DNA from: Malacoraja senta
Lineage: Eukaryota
Length of the DNA: 64,000 nucleotides
Direction of reading: 5' to 3'
Assembly (NCBI GenBank): GCA_038087875.1
Contig: JAXLNO010000230.1
Span: 186,001-250,000 of the forward strand
Below the pieces are notes generated by a model. The model saw only the letters and a program-made list of their open reading frames with translations, had not been told where the DNA came from and made no database searches. Below, one piece after another: positions 24,817 to 38,789 of this stretch. A program made the translations under genes and the position numbers. Numbering within the stretch: position 1 is the stretch's first letter; every line of letters starts with the position of its first letter.

Positions 24817-25564
24817 AACAGATGGAAAAACTCAGGAAAAATCAGAATTGAACCTGAAGAAGGGTCTCAACCTGAAACATCACCTATCCAAGTTCTCCAG
24901 GAATGCAGCCCGACCCACTGATTTACTCCAGCACTTTGTGTCCTTTTGTGAATTAACCAGCATTTGCAGTTCTTTGTTTCTACATGCAGGAAAAAATTAA
25001 GGTGTCTTCTAATAACATCCTAATTTTAAATTAGTCTTGATAGTAATGGTAGAAGGTAATCTTTATTATTGCATTGTTCTTTGCCATTATGTCATAACAG
25101 CAAACAGTGTTGTCAATTTTAACTTAGTTTGCAGAATTGTGGTTTGCAGAATCCATGAGACCACAATTGGATCAGCCACGATGTTACTGAATGAGAGAAT
25201 AGGCTCAAGGAGAAATTTGGCCTACATTTGTTCCTGCCTGTTTTAATTATTTCATGACCTTCTCCTCCAGCTTTATCGACTCACTTAAATATTAGTTTTT
25301 TTAATTTCTGGTCTTTTAAACCTTTCTGTTTTAAATTGTTCTATGCGTGGGCATGCGTTCCCTGAACTCCCAAACTCTGTAAAAAAACATTGCTCTGATC
25401 TTTCATATCTCCTATTCAATCCCTCCCAGTTTAACCAAGGTTTGTGTCCAATAATCTGCCTAATGTATCTCTCTATCACTTGGTGTCAAAGTTTATTTTG
25501 TAGGTTTTCCATGAATTGAGCCATTTTATCACATGATTTTTTTTTCTATACAAATGTAAGTTGC

Positions 25565-25810
25565 ATCTCCAATGACATATTATAAGTAATTCATTCCACC
25601 TCTTTTTTTTTTGATATTTGTAATTCTTTTTTCTTTCTATCTCTCTTTTTCTATCTATATAAAAAAAACACTAGAAGCAGAATTAATCGACAATTGACAA
25701 TTTTAATAATGTATGATTGATGTATATGAAACGTTTTTTTTCTATTATAATATGTTACTATACTTTATAATATGTTTGCTTCTAATAAAAATATTGTAAA
25801 AAAAAACAAA
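25565..25810 (+). mobile_element. Short poly(A)-tailed retroinsertion, probably an L1 3' UTR
   Basis: 15-bp TSD ACAAATGTAAGTTGC at 25550-25564 and 25811-25825; AATAAA followed by an A tract. Confidence 0.75.
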
Positions 25811-27799
25811 ACAAATGTAAGTTGCTCTTTCAGAGTTGATATTCAATTGCAGTTTGTATGCTATACATGAGCTACCGTGACCCAGGATGAACAGAAAGCA
25901 GCTGCAGTTTTTTAATTAAAAAGAATATGTTGTTTGGGAACCAGGCTATATCTGTGCAGCTTCCTTATGGTGTTTAATTGGAGCATCAGGGCCCACTGGG
26001 AAAATTGAATGGCGGCCATTACTTGGTAAAGGAAGCCATCTACAAAATTATAAGGCTCCTGAGATGCCAGTATACCAGTCATCATTATGAGAGCTATGAA
26101 CTATTAGAAAACAGCTGCACTTTTGATCAGTGAGGTACGTCAAGTAGAAATCTGTATATTCGTTGTGAATCTAATAATTGCCTGAGGTACCATCAGAAAA
26201 AACCCTTGGGCCAAATCCTGGAGCAGTGTTTAGTCATGGATTTGGCAGTGGACATTGATTAAGTGTTAATTGAGCAACAGTGATAAATGTTTAATAAAGT
26301 ATATAGGATGAATTGTTTATGTTATTATATCAGTTACTAATGCCTACAACAAATTAAATTGCATTACTATTCTCAAAAGAGGAATACCCCAACTACTTGC
26401 TGATATACTCCAATGGGGTATGGCAATTTCCATGCTAAGGACAGAAGTATTTTATCAATAAATATAGGCTTCATATCACCGTTGAGAAGAAATCTAATTG
26501 AAAATGCATTTTTCTTATAAAATGTGCTAGCTATGCTTTGTATTCATCCACTTCATTTATAAAACGTGCTTGTAGAAATAGAAACACATAATGTATGTGA
26601 CGGGTTTCGGCCCGAAACGTTGCCTATTTTCTTCGCTCCATAGATGCTGCCGCACCCGCTGAGTTTCTCCAGCACTTTTGTCTACCTTCGATTTTCCAGC
26701 ATCTGCAGTTCCTTCTTAAACACACAATGGAGATATGCTAGCTGTGAAGAATTGTGAACAGCCTTTTTTATTACATGTTTGTATTATGGTAACCAGAAAT
26801 AGAAGTTTATGTCCACATATCTTTTTTTTTTCTCATAAGAACACTACTTATTCCACACATTTATTTCCACGCTTTAGGTTTATTATTGTCACATATACTG
26901 AGGTACAGTGAAAAACTTTGTTGGTGAGAGGTCTGGTCTGTGTGATGGACTGTGTTACATCCATAAAACTTTTCAGTTTTGAAATTGTAATGTTCATCTG
27001 AATACATTACTATTAATATCTAGGAATGTAGGAAGGAACTGCAGATGCTGGTTTCAACCAAAGATAAACACAAAAAACTGGAGTAACTCAGCGGGACAGA
27101 CAAGCATCTCTGGAGAAAAGGAATAGGTGATGTTTCAGGTTGAGACCCTTCTTCAGACTGTCGTTTCAGGTCGAGACCCTTCTTCAGTCACCTATTCCTT
27201 TTCTCCAGAGATGCTGCCTGACCCGCTGAGTTACTCCAGCTTTTTGTGTCAACTATTAGTATCTAATTGTAATAAAATTAGGCTAAACATCTAGACGCAT
27301 TGTCATTGTGCCATTTGGCTTCATAATTTTACTATATTGACTTTTAGACACTATTTAAAATTCTTTGGAATGTTCAAATGCACAGCAATCGACACATTTA
27401 TTTTCCAAACCATGTGTAAGGTTGGACCGAATAAGACCACTACCACAATTTTTAGCTGAATGGAAACAAAAGATTAAATCTAGAGAATTAGGTGTCATCT
27501 TTTCATTTGGAGGATTGTCAAATGTGTTTGAGATATCATCTCTACATTATCTCTTGTGATTCACAGAGTATGAGTGTGAAAGTGAGAAAGGACCATTGAA
27601 TTAATCAAAGTTGCTTTATGATCAGTGACTTGTTTCTGGTTCTGATCTGTCCGATTATTTGATTCCTTCCGAGAATGCTAATCCCACATCTCTGTACACT
27701 GGGAAGCTATGAGACATGAATTATCTGTTATTATTTTCAATATTTATTGTATTTCAATGTTTATGCCAAAATCTTCCATGCGCCAGATTTTGTTCTGTA

Positions 27800-28525
27800 A
27801 ACCAAACACAAAGTGCTGGAGGAACATAGCAGGGCAGGCAGCATCTATGGGGGTATTCGATAGGTGACGTTTTGAGTTGGGACCCTTCTACAGATTGTAG
27901 TGTGGGGGGGAGGGGAGAAACCTGTAAAAGAGGTGGGGACAGGACAAAGTCAGGCAAGTGATTCAGTCTGAAGAAGGGTTGTGACCCGAAATGTCACCCA
28001 TTCCTTCTCTCCAGAGATGCTGTCTGTCCCGCTGAGTTACTCCAGCATATTGTGTCTACCTTCTGGCAAGTGATATGGAGGATACAGGTGAGGGCGTTTG
28101 ATTGGGAGATGGGTGGATAACTAGACAAAATGGTGTCAGATAAGGACAGAAGAGGAGTGAAATGTAAAGCCAGAGAGAGATATATAGGTGAAAGGGGATG
28201 GGGAGTGGAGACGTGGTGGGGAAGAGGGGAAGGATAGTGGGATAAAGGCACTGGGGTGTGCGGGCACAGGAAAAAGAGAGGCTGCTACTTAAAATTGGAG
28301 AATACGATGTTTACATCGTTGAGTTGTCAGCTATCCAAGCAGAATATGAGTTGCTGTTTCTCCAATTTGCGTGCGGCCTCACTCTGGCAATGGAGGAGGC
28401 CCAGGACAGAGTCATTGGTATGGGAATGGAAAGGGGAGTTTAAATGATTAGCAGTCGGGAGATCCAGCAGGCATTGGCGAAATGGTCACCTAGTTTGCGC
28501 TTGGTCTCGCCGTTGTAGAGGAGCT
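27800..28525 (-). mobile_element. Penelope-like 3' fragment containing an inverted terminal-repeat copy
   Basis: Minus-strand LLYNGETKRKL GIY-YIG remnant at about 28490-28525; terminal repeat in both orientations. Confidence 0.75.
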
Positions 28526-29459
28526 ATGTTGTTCTGTTGAATATGCTTCTTCTGATAGATAGACAACTAAATGTTCTTATATTAGACTGCTTAAAATACA
28601 GAAACTGTTGAAGGTTCTGATTACGCTATAAGTGCACTATTTCATCTCTTGACTCTGAATAAATTGCCCATTCCTTACTACAGATCACTTTGGTTTGCCA
28701 AACCTTTTCCTTGGTTGGCTGATTTGCATGGAGTCGTGTCCAGTAGAGCAGTATATTTGATTACTTTTATCTTTAAAGAACTTGCTTCTCTGAATAGAAA
28801 TTGTATTTTGTAAAATTAACATCATACTTTTATATCTCCTGTTCATAAATTTATTATGACCTCCAAGTGACAGCTTACATCGTGTCTTTGGAAAAAAGAA
28901 CTAAGAAATTTCAGAATGCGCAATCAAGCAGAAATTGCCATTGAGCCAACAAAATGGAGAAATTATGTGATTATAACCTTAATTTTAGAAAAATATAGAG
29001 ATGCAGAGATGTGAAAGGAACATTTCTGAGCTTAGTTCTGAAATATGACGGTGGTTGAAGGAAGTGAAGAAAGCATAACCGGTCAGAGTTGGAGGAGTAA
29101 GTTTTACAGAGTTGGTGGCGATTTACATAGTTTGAAGCATTATCTCACCAAGCTCACATGTCTCCAGGTTAGATGGATGACATTTATTTGGTGCAGGCAG
29201 GCATTTGGCTACTTTCAAATGTGCCCTGTTAAACTAAGAAGCATTCATATTGGGATTTGATATAAAATAGACTCTTAATGTAGGGCTTAACGAACAGATT
29301 TATTCAGGAGGGAGAATGAGGAGAGCTACTTCAAAATAATTGTTTAATTGTACATTTGATCCAGGAATGGAATCTATTTTCTAAACAAGAAATGCATGTG
29401 GACTTAGAGATTCATGAATGAAAGCCTATAATAACATGGGACCTGTGCCAATCTATCCC

Positions 29460-29960
29460 AGTGCCATTGACACAAGATGCACCATGGAAAGTATTCTACC
29501 AGGATGCATCACAACTTGGTTTGGCAATCACCCTGCGCAAGTCCGCAAGAAATCAGAGTTGTAGTGTAGCCTTGTTTATCATACAAACCAACCTCCTCCC
29601 CTCCCCCATTGATTCCATCTGCACCTTGTGCTGCATCGGGAAAGCAGGCAACATAATCAAGAACCCCTTGCACCCTGGTCATTCCCCCTTCACCTCTCTT
29701 GTGTGGGAAGATATGAAAACTTGAAGGCACGTAGCACCAAATTCAGGAACAACTTCTTCCTTGCTGTTAGCAGAGTACTCAATGAACCTCTCATAAGCTA
29801 AGGATGTAGTCCTGATTTACCAATCCTACCCCGTTGTAGCTCTTGGACTTTTTTTATTTGTACTTTGTCTACAATTTTAACACTGTTACACTGTATCACT
29901 ATATTTTGCACTCTGGCTATTTTTCTCTTTACACTACCTGCTGTACTGTGTATGGCTTGA
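29460..29960 (+). mobile_element. Degenerate Rex1/Babar 3' fragment (continues at about 31700-31780)
   Basis: KAGNIIKNPLHPGHS remnant, homologous to KAANIIKDPHHPGH of the 4938-6385 copy. Confidence 0.7.
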
Positions 29961-29984
29961 TTGAATAACTACTTTGAATAACAA

Positions 29985-31700
29985 TTGAATAACTACTTTG
30001 GTTCTGTTTTCACTAAGGAAGACATAAATAATCTGCCGGAAATAGCAGGGGACCGGGGGTCAAATGAGATGGAGGAACTGAGTGAAATCCAGGTTAGCCG
30101 GGAAGTGGTGTTAGGTAAATTGAATGGATTAAAGGCGGATAAATCCCCAGGGCCAGATAGGCTGCATCCCAGAGTACTTAAGGAAGTAGCCCCAGATATA
30201 GTGGATGCATTAGTGATAATTTTTCAAAACTCTTTAGATTCTGGAGTACTTCCTGAGGATTGGAGGGTAGCTAATGTAACCCCACTTTTTAAAAAGGGAG
30301 GGAGAGAGAAAACGGGGAATTACAGACCAGTTAGTCTAACATCGGTAGTGGGGAAACTGCTAGAGTCAGTTATTAAAGATGGGATAGCAGCACATTTGGA
30401 AAGTGGTGAAATCATTGGACAAATTCAGCATGGATTTATGAAAGGTAAATCATGTCTGACGAATCTTATAGAATTTTTCGAGGATGTAACTAGTAGAGTG
30501 GATAAGGGAGAACCAGTGGATGTGTTATATCTGGACTTTCAGAAGGCTTTCGACAAGGTCTCACATAAGAGATTAGTATACAAACTTAAAGCACACGGTA
30601 TTGGGGGTTCAGTATTGATGTGGATAGAGACCTGGCTGGCAGACAGGAAGCAAAGAGTAGGAGTAAACGGGTCCTTTTCAGAATGGCAGGCAGTGACTAG
30701 TGGGGTACCGCAAGGCTCAGTGCTGGGACCCCAGCTATTTACAATATATATTAATGATTTGGACGAGGGAATTGAATGCAACATCTCCAAGTTTGCGGAT
30801 GACACAAAGCTGGGGGGCAGTGTTAGCTGTGAGGAGGATGCTAGGAGGCTGCAAGGTGACTTGGATAGGTTGGGTGAGTGGGCAAATGCATGGCAGATGC
30901 AGTATAATGTGGATAAATGTGAGGTTATCCACTTTGGTGGCAAAAACAGGAAAGTAGACTATTATCTGAATGGTGGCCGATTAGGAAAAGGGGAGATGCA
31001 ACGAGACCTGGGTGTCATGGTACACCAGTCATTGAAAGTAGGCATGCAGGTGCAGCAGGCAGTGAAGAAAGCGAATGGTATGTTAGCATTCATAGCAAAA
31101 GGATTTGAGTATAGGAGCAGGGAGGTTTTACTGCAGTTGTACAGGGTCTTGGTGAGACCACACCTGGACTATTGCGTTCAGTTTTGGTCTCCTAATCTGA
31201 GGAAAGACATTCTTGCCATAGAGGGAGTACAGAGAAGGTTCTCCAGACTGATTCCTGGGATGTCAGGACTTTCATATGAAGAAAGACTGGATAGACTCAG
31301 CTTGTACTCGCTAGAATTTAGAAGATTGAGGGGGGATCTTATAGAAACTTACAAAATTCTTAAGGGGTTGGACAGGCTAGATGCAGGATGATTGTTCCCG
31401 ATGTTGGGGAAGTCCAGAACAAGGGGTCACAGTTTAAGGATAAGGGGGAAGTCTTTTAGGACCGAGATGAGAAAAACATTTTTCACACAGAGAGTGGTGA
31501 ATCTCTAGAATTCTCTGCCACAGAAGGTAGTTGAGACCAGTTCATTGGCTATATTTAAGAGGGAGTTAGATGTGGCCCTTGTGGCTAAAGGGATCAGGGG
31601 GTATGGAGAGAAGGCAGGCACGGGATAATGAGTTGGATGATCAGCCATGATCGAAGGGCCGAATGGCCTACTCCAGCACCTATTTTCTATGTTTCTATGT
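29985..31700 (+). mobile_element. Young CR1 LINE, 5'-truncated, 468-codon open RT region
   Basis: Complete RT motifs (NYRPVSLTS, QHGF, YLDFQKAFD, GVPQGSVLGP, FADD); premature TGA at 31389; TTCTATGT tail. Confidence 0.96.
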
Positions 31701-32332
31701 ACTGATGTATGGTATGGCATGATCTGACTGATTGTCACACAAGGTTTCGCACAATATCTTGGTACACATGATGATAATGCCAATACAGGATTCTTGTGCA
31801 GACACTTCGTGCAAGGACTTGCCCGCTGAACGACTCCAATTTTTCAGCAATGATGCTCAGTAATGATGAGTAATTTAAATAGTCCTGTACTTGCCTGTGT
31901 TTATAAACTACTTGTCCACATTCATGAGGAAGAAACGATCAAGAATGGCAGCCACTGTTAGATAAATAAATATAGTTCTTGTTAACAAAATAATTCAATA
32001 TATGTTTCTTCTCATCTAAATATTGCATTTTAAGAATTGCAATTATATAAAGGATATGAACAGTAAAAGGATTGCATCAGTAAAAGTAGTTGTGAAGTTG
32101 GGCAATTCCAAAGAGAATTAAGTTATTTTTCCAAAATCCTTCTGAGAAGGAAAGCCCAGGGTGTGAGTCACTTATCTCACTAACATGGTTGAAGTATAAC
32201 TCCCTGCTGATAAGTGCTGAACCACTGTGGTATGAAATTGCTTTGATGGATCAAGAAGGTCCACCTTGAGAATGGTGTGAAAAATAATTTGGACAATATA
32301 TGTGATTATTAATGGATTTTTTCTTTTCTTAG

Positions 32333-32538
32333 TGCACTTGTCGGAAAGACATGGTCAAGATATCTATGGACATCTTTGTAGAAAAATTTCAGCCAAGTAG
32401 ATATGCACTTTGGAAACAAGGAAAGGATGGTCAACCCATCGATCACACAAAACCCACTCCTGAATCAACTCCCGAACTGGAGATTTGGCAGAAGCAAAGA
32501 AAAGTAATTCAAAGGAAATCTGGAATGCCCATGAAAAG
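32333..32538 (+). CDS. KDM4C: KDM4C-like lysine demethylase internal coding exon, immediately C-terminal to the JmjC core
   Basis: Polypyrimidine tract with AG at 32331-32332; donor AG|GTAAGT at 32539. Encodes [32 protein letters not shown]...[13 protein letters not shown], the KDM4 signature containing the CxC zinc ligands. The WKQGKD/DHTKPTP variant matches KDM4C as I recall it. Starts phase 0, ends phase 2. Confidence 0.92.
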
Positions 32539-33099
32539 GTAAGTTATTCAACGTAATTAACTTTGAGATGCGAGTTTGGTTTAGGAACTTAGCAGCAAAG
32601 AATGATAGCTAATTTCTACAGGGTGATGGGTGCCTGGATCCCGTTGACAGGGGTGGTGTTGGAGGCAGATACAATAGTGGTGTATAAAAGGCTCTTAGAT
32701 AGGCATATGGATATCTGGAGAATGGAGGGATATGGATCACAGGCAGGCAGATTAGGTTATTTTATCTTGGCATCGTTTGGCACACACATTGTGGGCCGAC
32801 TTGCCTGTTCCTGTGTTGTACCTTTCTATGTTCTTATAACATCTGTGGAAGTATTTTCATTACTATGCCACTGTGTTGCAACGGTAAATCTGCATTTGTG
32901 ATATATTCTTGATAATTATAAATGTTCAAAATGATGAAAAGTACTTGTTACAAATTAACTGTCATCCAAATATCATAGAAATATAAAAAAATAAAAAAAG
33001 CATAAATATAGTGTAAATAGTTGTTTGGAGAAATTGTTCAGAAGAATATAGCTAATTTTACCCATGATGATTCCAATCTGACAGTTGTGTCTTCTGCAG

Positions 33100-33347
33100 T
33101 GTGTATCGGTTCAGAACTCGATCTAAAAAGATAAAATCTCTAGATGATGAAAAGATATTCAGTGATCCTGTGGCCAAAGAAACAACTGCAGCTGAACCAC
33201 TTACAGATGGTATCAATAATGATGAAAACTCTAATGGGGGAGTGAAGAAACGGGAGTCTAACCGTGTTGCAGTAATGAGTCCTGAAGAAGAAATAATTAA
33301 GGGAAAGCAGCTGGATCAGAAAGGAATGGATGAAGAGCAGTCATCAG
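33100..33347 (+). CDS. KDM4C: KDM4C coding exon (low-conservation linker)
   Basis: Acceptor TCTTCTGCAG|T, donor CAG|GTGAGG. Phase 2 start completes AG+T=Ser and continues open as VYRFRTRSKK...EEQSS; ends phase 1. Confidence 0.85.
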
Positions 33348-34404
33348 GTGAGGGATGAGGTGATTGATGTGTTCATTTCTCCAAAGCACTTCAAAGCAAA
33401 CATCTGTGTACCGTTGAAATGTCAGGTTAGCTATTTTATCGTGTCTTCACTTACTCAATCTGCAGAGCAGTTTTACATGTTGCAGTCACTTTCAGTGGGT
33501 CAATGTGGAATTGCATTGCATGATCCATCAATGAAAAGGAAGGTCTCTGATTTCACTATTGCTTTGTACATTTCTTAAAGCACTAAAGGAGGGTATTTGG
33601 CCGATTGTGTCTAACGCAGCAGTTCCACTTTCAATGCCTACATGAGCCCCACCCTGGAGCCTCATTTCTGCAGCCATGCATTTTTTTAATGCACTGTATA
33701 TTTATCAAATTCCCTCTTGCCATAATGGTACCAGGTTTCATCACATGATCTCCTGCTTCATACTCATTGCCTACATTGATAAAACCCAGTATTGTTTGTG
33801 CCTTATTCAGTCTGATTGGTCCACCAATATCTCCATGTCCCACTTTTCTTGCACTCCTCTTAGAAAAGTATCCTTTGTTCTATCTTGTCTCTTATTTTTC
33901 CTACCCAAATGCATCACCTCACATTTCTCTACATTGCACATCAAATGCCACATTCCCATTCTACCAGCATGATTTTATCCCGCTGTAATTTATCACTATC
34001 CATGTCACAGTTTACGATATTGCCAAAGTTGTGAATTTAGTTATTGTAGCTTGCACCCCAACTCTATATCTTTGGTATAGATTAAAAAGCGATGTCCATA
34101 AGACCGTTCCCTAGGGAATGTCACTATTTATCTATTGTCAGTCTGAAAAGCAACCATTCACCATGACACCCTGTTGTCTGTTACTTAACCAACTTTGTAT
34201 TGCTATTATTGTTTTTTTTTCTGCTATGTGCATTAACCATTGATATGATTGTTATAAACCTCATAAAATGCCTTCTCTAGGTCCAGTTGCGCAACATCGA
34301 CTATCTGTCACCTCATCAAAAAATTCCGTCATTGATTCAATATATTCTGCCCTTAACTAACTTTAATTAATCCATTTTCCTCCAAATGATTATTGATTTT
34401 TTTG

Positions 34405-34701
34405 GTTTAGTTTAGAGATGTGGCATGGCCCCTTTGGCCCAGTGAGTCTACACCGGCTGTTGATCACCCGTTCTCACTAATTCTATGTTATCCCACTTTC
34501 TCATCCATGCCCTACACACTTGCGGCAATTTACAGAGGCCAATTAAACTACAAACCCACATGTCTTTGGGATGTGGAAGGAAACAAGAGCTCCTGGAGGA
34601 AACCCATGCAGTCACAGGGAGAATGTGCAAACTCCTCCCGAGATCAGGAAAGAACCCAGGTCTCTGGTGCTGTGAGGCAGCAGCTCTACCAGTTGCACCA
34701 T
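34405..34701 (-). mobile_element. tRNA-derived V-SINE (HE1-like)
   Basis: Minus strand starts TGGTGCAACTGGTAGAGCTGCTGCCTCACAGC...CCTGGGTTC (A/B-box-like), followed by the V-domain-like GAGTTTGCACATTCTCCCTGTGACTGCATGGGTTTCCTCC. A more decayed copy lies at about 80-300. Confidence 0.8.
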
Positions 34702-34839
34702 AGTTTCACCTTTTAAGACCAGGATTAATGTTTTTAAAAGGTTTACCATGAGCTTACCATGGAGATTAAGCTGACTTGCCTGTAATTTTGAGGCTTATCC
34801 TTATTCCTTTGAACAAACGAGTAACATTTGCCACTCTTT

Positions 34840-37420
34840 GGTCACGTTCACAAGTTATAGGAATAGAATTAGGCCATTTGGCCCATCGAATCTACTCCGC
34901 CATTCAATCATGGCTGATCTCAGCCTCCTACCACCGGGTGGCGCTTCGATGGCAGCCTCAACCCGAGACGCCGAGCTCTCGATGGTAAAATCCGCAGGCC
35001 GCAGTTGGAACGTCGATCCCAGACAAGGGATTGGCTCCGATGGTAAGTCCACGTCCCCGCGATGGGGCTCACAGTCAGCCCCGAGCAAGGCCTCCAGCTC
35101 CACGATTTAATCCCCTTAACCAAATCATTAATATACAACGTGAAGAGAAGCGGCCCCAGCACCAACCCTTGCGGACCACTAGTCACTGGCAACCTGGAAA
35201 AGCATATTTTATTGCAACTCTTTGCCTTCTGCCATCCAGTCAACCCACTCTCCATGCTAGTATCTTCCCTTCAATACCATGGGGTCTCATCTTCCCAAGC
35301 AGCCTGATATGCGGTACCTTATCGAAGGTCTTCTGATAATCTAGGTAAACAACATCTACAGCCTCCCCTCTGTCTGTCCTACTATTAACTTAGAAACATA
35401 GAAAATAGATGCAGGCGGAGGCCATTTGGCTCTTCAAGCCTGCAACTGCACCATTCATTGTGATCATGACTTCATCAAAGAACTCCAACAGATTCGTCAG
35501 GCAAGATCTTTCGTTCACAAAACCATGCTGACTTTTGCATATTTTATTGTGACCTCATCCTTTATAATCATCTATAATCTTACCAACCACCGAAGTAAGA
35601 CTTCTATTCTTCTGCTTTGCTCCCTTCTTGTACAGCTCGGTGATATTCGTAATTTTCCAATCTTCAGGAACCACTTCTAACTCTCGTGATTCTTGAAATG
35701 TCACAATAATCTCTGAGACCACCTCCTTCAGAACCCTGGGGTACAGTCCATCCTGTCCAGGTGACTTATCCACCCTCAGACATTTCGGTTTTCCTAGCAC
35801 CCTCTCCTTAGTAATCGCCACTCCACTAACTTCCACCTCCTGACTATCTAGGATTGCAGGCACACTGCTGGTGACTGCAGGCACACTGTGAAGACTGATG
35901 CAAAAAAGTTATTCAATTCCTCTGCCATTTCTTGATTTCCCGATATCACTTCTCCTGCATCATTCTTCGGCAGCCTCTTTTTTACTCTTTATATATCCTT
36001 TGGCATCATCCCTGTAACAAAGAGGATTGAAAGCTTTGTGGTCATTGCCACCTTGTTTTTCTCCTGTACTTCTCTCAAATCCAAGAATGCATTCCATCTG
36101 GTCCTGGTGTTGTTACCTACTTTAAGTTCAACCAACTTTTCTAAAGCCTCTTTCCTATCAATATTTAACATATCAACTCTCAACTACCTTTTCCTTCACT
36201 ATTATTTTGGAACTACCTCATCTCTGTTGAAGATAGATGCGAATGCTCATTTAATACCTTCAACCCGCCCTTGGCATCCATGTGCACTTTCCCACAGTAG
36301 ATACTACTCCATATATACTACCTTTTCTTATTTATCTGCTCATAGAATACATCTAAATTTTCAGCTTATGTCTGTAGTTTGCAGCTTATATGTGCTATTA
36401 GACTCTCTTTGCCTCTCTTAGATTTGCTTTCTTAGTTTTCACTTTGCCTCATTAATTTGTAATCAGTCTGGTTTTCATCGGTATTCAAAAGTCAAATTTA
36501 TCATAACCTGTCATTTTTTGGTGTATTTCTTTTGCTATTCAGGGAAGTCTGAATTGTTGGTTCTTTATTTGTGCTTTAGGGAATGTATGTCGACTATCAT
36601 AAGGTCATAAGGAATAGGAGTAGAATTAGGCCATTCGGCCCATCAATGCTACTCCGCCATTCAATCATGGCTGATCTATCTCTCCCTCCAAACCCGATTC
36701 TCCTGCCGTTCACTGTGTAAGTTCTGCCCATGTTAGTGCTCCCCAAATGCAACACCTCACATTTCTCTGCCCACTTGCCCAACTGATCAAGATCCTTCTT
36801 CACTATCTTCACTACCTACAATACCACTGACTTTTCTGTCATCTGCATATTTGCTAACCATGCCATATACGTTCTCATCCAAATCATTGACATAGATGAC
36901 AAACAGCAATGGGCCAAGCACCGAATCCTGAGGCACACCACCAGTCCAAAAGGCAAGCTTCCACCATCACCCTCTGCTTCCTTCCATGAAGTCCATTTTC
37001 TATCCATTCAGCTATCTCTCCTTGGATCCCGTGGGATCTTACCTTCCAGAAAAGTCTACCATGCGGAACCTTGTTGAATGCCTTACTGAAATCCATGTAT
37101 GCAACGTCTACAGCTCTGCCTTCATTGACCTTTATGGTCACCTCAAAAAACATAATCAGATTTTTGAGTTGCGACCTCCCACGTACAAAACCATGTTGAC
37201 TGTCCCAAATCAGCCCTTGTCCATCTTAAGTGCATGTACATCCTATCCCTCAGAATACACTCCAGTAACTTTCGGACCACAGATGTTAAGCTCACTGGCC
37301 TGTAGTTCCTAGCATTTTCCCGGCAGCAGTTTTTGAATAGAGGCACAACATTTGCCTCCCTCCAGTCTTCCGGCACCTTGCTTGTATTTAATGCTGACAT
37401 AAATCTCAGCCAGGGCTCCT
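34840..37420 (-). mobile_element. Cluster of decayed CR1 fragments with small nested inserts
   Basis: TSGPQGLVLGPLLFTLYINDL, VDKSPGQDGLYPRVLKE, YMDFSKAFNKVPH, EDWREANVVPLFK. Confidence 0.85.
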
Positions 37421-38272
37421 GTAAATCAGATAAGCTAGATGATTGTACTGAGGCAATGGAAAAGTTAAAGAGAGGAGATGGAAAAGTAGAACATTCATGC
37501 CATATGATATGATCACATGTGGCAACATTTAAATGTGAGGAAGAGGAAGGGAGCCGAGAAGTGTGAGCAGAGACTTCAGAAATGTTCAGATATTGAATGG
37601 GAAGTAATTTATATTATGTCTTTTTTATCACTATGAAAAGATCTTGTTATGTTAGATCAAGGTTGTAAAGTTATGTGAACTCCTAATGATGTCCTGTTGA
37701 CAAGGTAGGTATTAGGGCAATTAGATTGAAAGCATACATTATGTGAGACAGCATCATTAGAGAGGGAAACCGAGGCAGAGTAGGTATCAAAAGGAGATGG
37801 CTGATAACTTTGAGGCAACAACATGAAACTGATTGACTAATTCCCACTGGAAGATTGATTGCATGAAATTAGAAGGAATAGGTAATGGTATTGAATTTTA
37901 ATTTTTGTTAAAGGAAATTAATAATCTAAAATTTTGATCCAGCCAGCAATCTATAGTACAATTTTAAAACGTTAATCTCAGATGGAACCATGTGAGCTTT
38001 CCTATTAATTGCAAAAAACAATATGACATGTGCACATTGTTATAATTCCTGCCTAAAATATAATTGCTTATATTTTAATAAAATATGTTACTAATACTTT
38101 TCCAATTATTTCCAAAGAGATAAGTAATTTATCACCAATAATTTAGAAATGGTAGTTAAGGTATTGGTAATTGGTAATCCAACAACATAAATTCAAGATG
38201 AATAGTAAAAGAACAAACTGTATGAGAATTTACAAAGTAGTTCCATTGCTCCATGGCACACATTACATCTTT

Positions 38273-38636
38273 TTTTTCTTAAAAAAAAATATATATATAT
38301 ATTTTATTAGAAGTAAGTACAATCGTATGGCACCAAAGTGCCTAATATATATTTTCATAATACATTTTATGTACAGCTTCTTATTTTTTTATTATAATAA
38401 AGAAGAATAAGAAAAATAAATTAGATAATAAAGTATAGAAAAACGTGAGATATATAGTGTGTGAAGAAGAAGAAAAAAGAATGAAAGAAGAAAGTTAAAG
38501 AAAAGAAAATGGGGAAAAGAGAGTAAAAGTTTTTTTTAAAAAGAAGTAAGGAGATCATTATTTATACTCTTGACCATCCCTCGCCCAGTCCCGAGACAGT
38601 TAGCATTTACAATTGTGTTGCACCATATGATTCCAA
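38273..38636 (-). mobile_element. L1 3' end fragment
   Basis: 15-bp TSD ACACATTACATCTTT at 38258-38272 and 38637-38651; poly(T) on the + strand; 3' UTR composition like the L1 at 12313. Confidence 0.75.
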
Positions 38637-38789
38637 ACACATTACATCTTTAAATTGACTCGGTAGTGACCAGGACTTTTGTGTTTTGTTGGCAGCTCCA
38701 TTTTGCATGAAATAGTATTTTATATTTCCTGTTAACATCCAAATATTTCTCACGCATCATCTAAAGTCAAATATTCTTTTCACCCACAG

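Noticed and set aside
29985..31391. Long RT ORFs as a retron, DGR, group II intron or domesticated gene
   Set aside because: Near-identical 5'-truncated copies with CR1 tails occur elsewhere in the window; these are ordinary LINE insertions.
1..32330. Upstream KDM4C JmjC exon (FPYGYHAGFNHG-type)
   Set aside because: Not found by eye or in the ORF track, so probably upstream of the window. A short exon could have been missed.
34640..34701. tRNA gene
   Set aside because: The A/B-box-like head is followed by a V-SINE body; it is a SINE, with no complete cloverleaf.
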